Of a DNA stretch of 64,000 nucleotides, positions 57,317-64,000 are shown piece by piece. The position numbers and the translations under genes are program-made. The stretch is from Octopus vulgaris (Eukaryota), in contig OX597820.1 of assembly GCA_951406725.2 (NCBI GenBank), positions 69,688,001 to 69,752,000 of the forward strand, written 5' to 3'. Positions within the stretch are counted from its first letter, which is position 1, and each line of letters begins with the position of its first letter. The notes under the pieces are model-generated. The model saw only the letters and a program-made list of their open reading frames with translations, made no database searches and was not told the origin of the DNA.

Positions 57317-57662
57317 AGTTCGCTCTCGGCAGCAGGGCCGAAAAAGGGGTGTTCGGCAGCCGCCACTGGTGTCAGTTTTACTCGCCACAGGCGCCCGCAA
57401 AACCGTCCCAAAGTCGCTCGGCGCACAGGTCGATATATGAGACAATTTCACGGCAGTGAACATGCTTGGCCTAGCAGGTAGAAGTTACTCTCACGATCGT
57501 AAGATCGTGGTTTCAATTCCTGAACCGGTCGCGTTGTGTTTTTCATCATATTCTCTCTTATGATGGTAAAAATCTATTTTACTTCTTAGTGCTTTCATCT
57601 GTCACAATACTACAAATAAGCACCAACTTATCTCCCGTTCACCCACTCTCACTCTATCTCTC

Positions 57663-57750
<88 letters not shown>

Positions 57751-57753
<3 letters not shown>

Positions 57754-58140
57754 TAGTGGCTGTGTGGCAAGTAGCTTGTTTACCAACCACATGGTTCCGG
57801 GTTTAGTCCCACTGCGTGGCACCTTGGGACAAGTGTCTTCTATTATTGCCTCAGGGTGACCAAAGCCTTGCGAGTGGATTTGGTTGACGGAAACTGAAAG
57901 AAGCCCGTCGTATATATGTATATATATGCATGTGTGTATATGTTTGTGTGTCTGTATTTGTACCCCCAACATTGCATGTGTGTTTACGTCCATGTAACTT
58001 AGTGGTTCGGCAAATGGAACCAATACAATAACTACTAGGCTTTGAAAGAATAGGTCATGGAGTCGATTTGCTCGACTAAAGGCGGTGTTCCAGCATGGCC
58101 GCAGTCAAATGACTGAAACCAGTAAAAGAGTACAAGAGAA
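57751..58140 (+). mobile_element. SINE family A, near full length
   Basis: gtggctgtgtggcaagtagcttg...ggtttagtcccactgcgtggcacc...aaatgactgaaaccagtaaaagag; flanked by (TA)n. Confidence 0.9.
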
Positions 58141-58142
58141 GG

Positions 58143-58191
<49 letters not shown>

Positions 58192-58196
<5 letters not shown>

Positions 58197-58265
58197 GAGT
58201 ACATTTAAACACAAGAGGAGCTGCCTTCATCAGGCAGCTTCTCTTGTGTTTAAATGTACACTATT
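58192..58265. repeat. Hairpin with ~35-bp arms and 5-nt loop
   Basis: aatagagtacatttaaacacaagaggagctgcct-tcatc-aggcagcttctcttgtgtttaaatgtacactatt; 2 mismatches. Confidence 0.95.
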
Positions 58266-58347
58266 TTATATTGAGAATACGTTGTCTATTGACTTTTTAT
58301 ACACTACTAGTGAAAAGAAACCAAACACTCGCTACCCTATATTTTAC

Positions 58348-58401
<54 letters not shown>

Positions 58402-58554
58402 TACAATGCAGCAAGGAGTTTTGTCAGTGAACATGTCCCGGTCTCGAAGCGACGAAAATATTTTGACAAATTAAATTTAAATGTTGAAATGAATCTGACG
58501 GTTTTTGTGTGTTCCTTATAAGGCTTTAAACACCTTCCACGCTGCAACTGTTTT

Positions 58555-58936
<382 letters not shown>

Positions 58937-58937
58937 A

Positions 58938-59275
58938 AGGCGCATGGCTCAGTGGTTAGAGCGTCGAGCTTACGATCGTGAGGTTGTGAGCTCGAATCCC
59001 GGACCGGGCTGCGTGTTGTGTTCTCGAGCAATGCACTTTATTTCACGTTGCTCCAGTTCACTCAGCTGTAGAAATGAGTTGCGACGTCACTGGTGCCAAG
59101 CTGTATCGACCTTTGTCTTTCCCTTGGATAACACTGGTGGCGTGGAGAGGGGAGGCTGGTATGCATGGGCGACTGCTGGCCTTCCATAAACAACCTTGCC
59201 CGGACTTGTATCTAGGAAGGTAACTTTCTAGGTGCAATCCCATGGTCATTCATGACCGAAGGGGTCTTTACCCCT
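58938..59275 (+). mobile_element. tRNA-derived SINE family C, full length
   Basis: A box tggctcagtgg, B box gctcgaatcc, then gtgttctcgagcaatgcactttatttcacgttgctccagttcactcagctg and a unique tail; flanked by (TA)n. Confidence 0.88.
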
Positions 59276-59292
59276 TTTATATATATATATAT

Positions 59293-59838
59293 ATAAGTCC
59301 CGGGGTCGATTTGCTCGACTAAAGGCGGTGCTCCAGCATGGCCGCAGTCAAATGACTGAAACAAGTAAAAGAGTAAAAGAGAGTAAAAGAGTATATATAT
59401 ATATATATATATACTCTTTTACTCTCTTTTACTCCAGCATGGCCGCAGTCAAATGACTGAAACAAATGACTGCAGCCATGCTGGAGCACCGCCTTTAGTC
59501 GAGCAAATCGACCCCGGGACTTATTCTTTGTAAGCCCAGTACTTATTCTATCGGTCTCTTTTGCCGAACCGCTAAGTGACAGGGACGTAAACACACCAGC
59601 ATCGGTTGTCAAGCAATGCTAGAGGGACAAACACAAACACACACACAAACACACACACACATATATATATACATATATACGACAGGCTTCTTTCAGTTTC
59701 CGTCTACCAAATCCACTCACAAGGTATTGGTCGGCCCAGGGCTATAGCAGAAGACACTTGCCCAAGATGCCACGCAGTGGGACTGAACCCGGAACCATGT
59801 GGTTTGTTTGCAAGCTACTTACCACACAGCCACTCCTA
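59293..59838 (-). mobile_element. SINE family A (59466-59838, minus) with a fold-back duplication of its 3' end (59293-59392, plus)
   Basis: ataagtcccggggtcgatttgctcgactaaaggcggtgctccagcatgg at 59293 is the reverse complement of 59476-59524. Confidence 0.9.
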
Positions 59839-59964
59839 TTAAAGAGTGAAATAACGACAGAAGGCTTAAATGTTAAAAAATATATGTATTTGCGTCAATA
59901 TGTCTGAAGAATATTAGAAAATTAAAAAAAAAAATTTTTTTTCCCTTTATTATGACATAATTTT

Positions 59965-60006
59965 TAAAGAAAGACCGGTTTCGCATTTAGCTTTTCAAAT
60001 TTCTTG
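59965..60006 (-). ncRNA. Minimal type-I hammerhead ribozyme-like motif (U3-A8 variant) in the 3' region of a Penelope-like element
   Basis: Minus: AAGAAA-U-UUGAAAA-GC-UAAAU-GC-GAAA-CCGG-UC-UUUCUU; about 130 nt downstream of the GIY-YIG stop. Stem I is offset by 1 nt and stem II is only 2 bp. Confidence 0.5.
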
Positions 60007-60136
60007 TGATGTTATGTTTATGTTTAATAGAGTTATCCTTGTGTTTATGCTCCGGAGAGTTCTAAATAAGGGAAGGTAGTGGGTGATTTCTTCCGGTGTA
60101 AGGGAGATAATCGCTTAAAATTTTTTTTCCTTTCCC

Positions 60137-60583
60137 TTAATGTGAATTTCTCTGTATCAGTATGTTCGGATGGTTGAGTCTGGGCTTGTACTTTTCAATG
60201 AAGAATGTTTCCTTGTTTAGTCTAATTTGTGTTGATGATCCGAAAGCACATTGGTAAAATGGAAAGATTAAAAATTGTGGTAGTAGTTGCTTTGCGCATT
60301 TCTCAATGTGCTCACTAAAAGGTATCATTCTATATTCTGGGAATGCAATCTGTTGTCGATGCAGTGTGCATCTACGTCTGAGTGATAGTCCCGTGGAACC
60401 CACGTAGTCTTGGTGGCAGCCCGAGCATTTTATGACATAAATTATGTTTTCAGAGGCACAAGTAAAGTTAGATTTGATCTTGAATTTCTGTCCCTCTTTA
60501 AAGAGGAATTCTGATCCTTCTAGCAGGTTAGGACATGTTGCACAGTTCGATCTACCACATTTTTTTACTTTTGCAGATGATGT
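60137..60583 (-). mobile_element. 5'-truncated Penelope-like element: Cys-rich linker plus GIY-YIG endonuclease, frame uninterrupted
   Basis: KKCGRSNCATCPNL...KIKSNFTCASENIIYVIKCSGCHQDYVGSTGLSLRRRCTLHRQQI...SEHIEKC...RLNKETFFIEKYKPRLN; extends the track ORF 60137-60403 upstream by ~60 codons. Confidence 0.93.
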
Positions 60584-60777
60584 TCAATTTGATTAATAGC
60601 TACACGCGATTTTAACCGGTTCTCTATATTTTCTTATATTCTTATATATGTATGTCATGTATAAGAGAAAAATGTATGTATGTATGTATGTATTTCTATG
60701 TATGGATTCTTCATGACATATTGACGCATATATACATATATATATATCTATAAAATAACATGTTACAATTACTCTTC

Positions 60778-61387
60778 TGTGAACGTGGTTTTTCATGCTC
60801 TTGTACTATTTTTCTCTCTCTCTCTGTTCTCTCTCTCTCTATATATACCTATATATATATAGTATAGATATCTTGTGCTTGTGCGTATATAGACGTATGT
60901 ATGAACTTTTATTTATACGTATGTGTGTGTGTATGAGTTTGTATATATATACGTATATATTTGGCGAAAAATGCGAGTGAAGATGCGTACGTAAGCCACA
61001 ACACCATCTCTTCGGTTATTCAAGCCACCTGAAAAAACGCTATGAAAAAAATACCGTTATATAAACGGAAATTACTGTGTTATAATTCTGCTACTTATGT
61101 AAAATAACATTAAAATTTCATAGTAAAACACTCACATGTGCGCTCGCGGACCCACGTGCGTACTTATACCGTCATTATGAAAACGTACACATCTTCACTC
61201 GCATTTTTTCGTTGCCAAATATATACGTATATATATACAAACTCATACACACACACATGCGTACCGTAAAAGTTCATACATACGTCTATATACGTAATAG
61301 CATTTTCAAGAAAAACCATGGTTTAAAGGTAAAAAAAAATAGAAAAAACATAAGGAAGTATACAAAGCATAAAAACCACGTTCACAT
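60778..61387. repeat. Large interrupted inverted repeat (core arms 60884-60992 / 61184-61295; outer arms ~60778-60806 / 61358-61387)
   Basis: tatagacgtatgtatgaactttt...tttggc..aaaaatgcgagtgaagatg vs catcttcactcgcattttt...aaaagttcatacatacgtctata; gtgaacgtggttttt vs aaaaaccacgttcac. Confidence 0.92.
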
Positions 61388-61814
61388 ACGGGATACGCCC
61401 TTATGCACTCATACACACTCACGCCCATATATGTACATACCCGCACATGTTTATATAAGCATACATACACACGCATGTACGAAAAATGAATATACATATG
61501 CCCTCTCTCCCCCACCCAAAAAACCTAAAAAAATGGAAAAATACTAAGTGAAAACGTTCTATATATATACATTCTTATGCCCTCACACATGTACACATCT
61601 AAAACTGCCCACTCATACATATTCACACACGTGTACAAATAAATCTATATACACGTCTATATAGGCACAGGAAAAAAAATGCAAGATAGAAAAGTACAGA
61701 AATTCAATATGTGTGAAAAAATAAAAAAATAAAAAAATGTATGAAATAATAAAAGGTATAATGAGATAAAAAACTTTAGACATAATATAGAAAGCAAGTT
61801 CTATCTGTTTTTCT

Positions 61815-62191
61815 TGAAGGGACTAAAAAACGTAACAAAAATTTAGTCACATATGGGCATGATCCGAAAAGTTTTGTCCTTGAGTTTAGACACGTAGTAG
61901 GGTCTTAAGCTGCTTTTCCAGATAAGCCATCTCTCCATGTCGCATAGACCGCACTTTCCGCTGCCGTCAGTAGGGCTTCTACATTTGGGCAAAATCTTCC
62001 AATGGATGTTATAATCGATAATTCTTTTATCGTTTAAAAACCAAATATGATTAGATAATTTTGTCGCTTTTCTTTTGTTCCGGTGCCTAAAACTCAAGGT
62101 GTATATTGAATCCTGGCCTTGAAATTACCCTCATAAGGCCCACGTATTTCTTCGTCGAAACGGTGTCTTTTTTAGTGGTTATAGAGTTCCA

Positions 62192-62192
<1 letters not shown>
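61815..62192 (-). mobile_element. Second 5'-truncated Penelope-like element GIY-YIG C-terminus (different lineage; frameshifted)
   Basis: KKYVGL / EGNFKARI / SFRHRNKRKATKLSNHIWFLNDK..YNIHWKIL..GSGKCGLCDMERWLI / LNSRTKLFGSCPYVTKFLL. Confidence 0.88.
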
Positions 62193-62235
<43 letters not shown>

Positions 62236-62328
62236 TTATATACACACACATACATACATACGCACACGTATAAGGAAATAAGAAAGAATGTGCATGAATA
62301 TACCTAAACATACTTTTATGTATTTACC

Positions 62329-62490
62329 AGCCGAAATTGCGAGGATAATTCTGGTTCTTAATCAAGATAGAGAACTGCGAATGATCCGTTCTTGTTTTCT
62401 TTGTATCGTCTATCTGGATGTTTTGTTGTCCTATTTTTGAATCACCTAGTTGTCCGGATGTTTTTATGCGTTCTTGTCCCATTTTGTATT
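62329..62490. repeat. Short interspersed repeat shared with 49041-49145
   Basis: cagccgaaattgcga(g/a)gat...ggttctt(a/g)a...cgttctt(g/t)tccca(t/g)tttgtatt, followed by (TA)n in both. Confidence 0.75.
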
Positions 62491-62522
62491 ATATATATAT
62501 ATATATATATATATACATACAT

Positions 62523-62730
62523 AGGGAGAGTTTACGAAAAAAACAAAATACGAAGACGGGTGGGTGTACAAAACAAAACAGATGTATTAGTATAACGCGC
62601 GCAGGAATAGAAAAAGTCTTTTACGTTTCAAGCCTACGCTCTTCTACAGAAAGTGACATTACAGAAAAAAAAACAAGGAGAGAAACATGGAGAGAAAAAA
62701 ATGTGTGTAGTGGCTTGGAACGATCTATCA
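62523..62730 (-). mobile_element. Short repeat with a hammerhead-like motif (homologous to 35371-35546)
   Basis: Minus 62653-62618: CUUU-CUGUAGA-A-GAGC-GUAG-GCUU-GAAAC-GUA-AAAG. Confidence 0.65.
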
Positions 62731-63195
62731 TATGTGCTTTGTGTGTGTGTATAATTATACGTGTGCCGTCGGTCATCTGCGCACTTTCGTTGTGTTTAAA
62801 GTCTTTGAAATTGTATTTGTTTGTGTCCACGTCTCACCCTTCCTTCCCTATCTCTCTCTCATATTTGCACGTATATATTCATGTGTGTGTGTAATATATA
62901 TGATAACTGCGATCACACAGTCCAAAACAAATGGTTTCAGACCCACACTAACGTGTGAAAATATATGTCTCTCTCTCACATACACACGGGCACGCATACA
63001 CACATCACATACACACACACACATACACATACTCTCTCTTTCTCTCTGTCTTCCTCTGTCTATCCTGTCTGTCCGTCTATCTGTCTGTCTCTCTTGCACA
63101 CTTACGCACCCATTCACCAACAAGCACACGTATACATACACGTATAAATAACGGTGTGTATATGCTTTTGTGCGCGTATGTATATACACATATAT

Positions 63196-63278
<83 letters not shown>

Positions 63279-64000
63279 TTACATGTTTATTTATATTTTA
63301 TATGCATCACTTTCATCACAACTCAGGTGGAATCATTTTATAGCGACTCCTTACGCTGCGGACTTAGTTCTAGACATAATCTCCGGCATGTAAGCCCAAA
63401 TTGTTAGAGCTCTATTTAGTGTTGTCTATATTGAGCTTCCCTAGATATTTACCTGTTGACAAGGTACATGATTAAACGTAAATGTGCGTTGGTGTGCATG
63501 TGCATATGTATGTATGATGCATGTCTTTATGTGTATATGTTAGCATTAAAGTCTCATAATTCTGTCGTTCACTGAAATATCGTAGGAGCGTTTAGAACAT
63601 TTTGATGCATGAGAAACTGTTGCTAAGTATACTACGCGTGTAAATATGGCTTCCTAGAACATGTGTGCAGAATTCTAACGAACTGGATAAGTCTTATTAA
63701 AATGAAAGACGAGACTATTTCATATTTTTATCTATAGCCATTAACATCTGATCCATTTTATATATATTTCCAAACATATCCAGAGTTGAACTTAGTCACT
63801 GGGAAGAGTAATGGTCATTAACAAATAAAACAGAAGCAGTTTTATTTCGTCAGTATATATTCATTTCATTTTACGGTCTTTCATCGCATCAGCTAAATAT
63901 GTTGACACTAACTTAACTCGTTACCAGTTTCTTTTCATGGGTAATACATCATTACACTATATTTTCGAAAGAATTTTAATTTCTTTACTAGGTTATCATA

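Noticed and set aside
58938-59010. tRNA gene
   Set aside because: A and B boxes are present, but no proper acceptor stem forms and the sequence continues into a SINE body. The same applies to the other SINE heads.
61120-61185. SECIS or hammerhead in the 3' region of the second PLE (minus ataatgacggtataagtacg)
   Set aside because: Spacing does not fit SECIS, I saw no in-frame TGA at Cys positions, and GAAA is missing for a hammerhead.

Overview
AT-rich, repeat-saturated eukaryotic DNA with no intact cellular protein-coding gene that I can recognise. Most ORFs in the track are translations of (TA)n/(CA)n/(TATC)n/(TATG)n or triplet microsatellites. The repeat content suggests an octopus/coleoid cephalopod intergenic or intronic region (inference from SINE types and microsatellite load). 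Supported by eye: about 30 full or partial copies of at least four tRNA-derived SINE families; three non-autonomous Helitrons (one with exact A|TC...hairpin-CTAG|T ends); a Tc1 and a DD37D (maT-type) transposase relic; LINE relics (two RTE, one R4/Dong, several weak CR1/L2-like); and three different Penelope-like GIY-YIG endonuclease fragments. The most interesting signals are non-coding: minimal type-I hammerhead-ribozyme-like motifs (one with a U3-A8 covariant core, two in a short TA-embedded element resembling a solo pLTR or retrozyme), several near-perfect fold-back palindromes (two beside or centred on CTGATGA cores), and SINE multimers that share one junction in independent, oppositely oriented arrays. 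All calls come from manual reading and translation, no searches were run, and boundaries are approximate.
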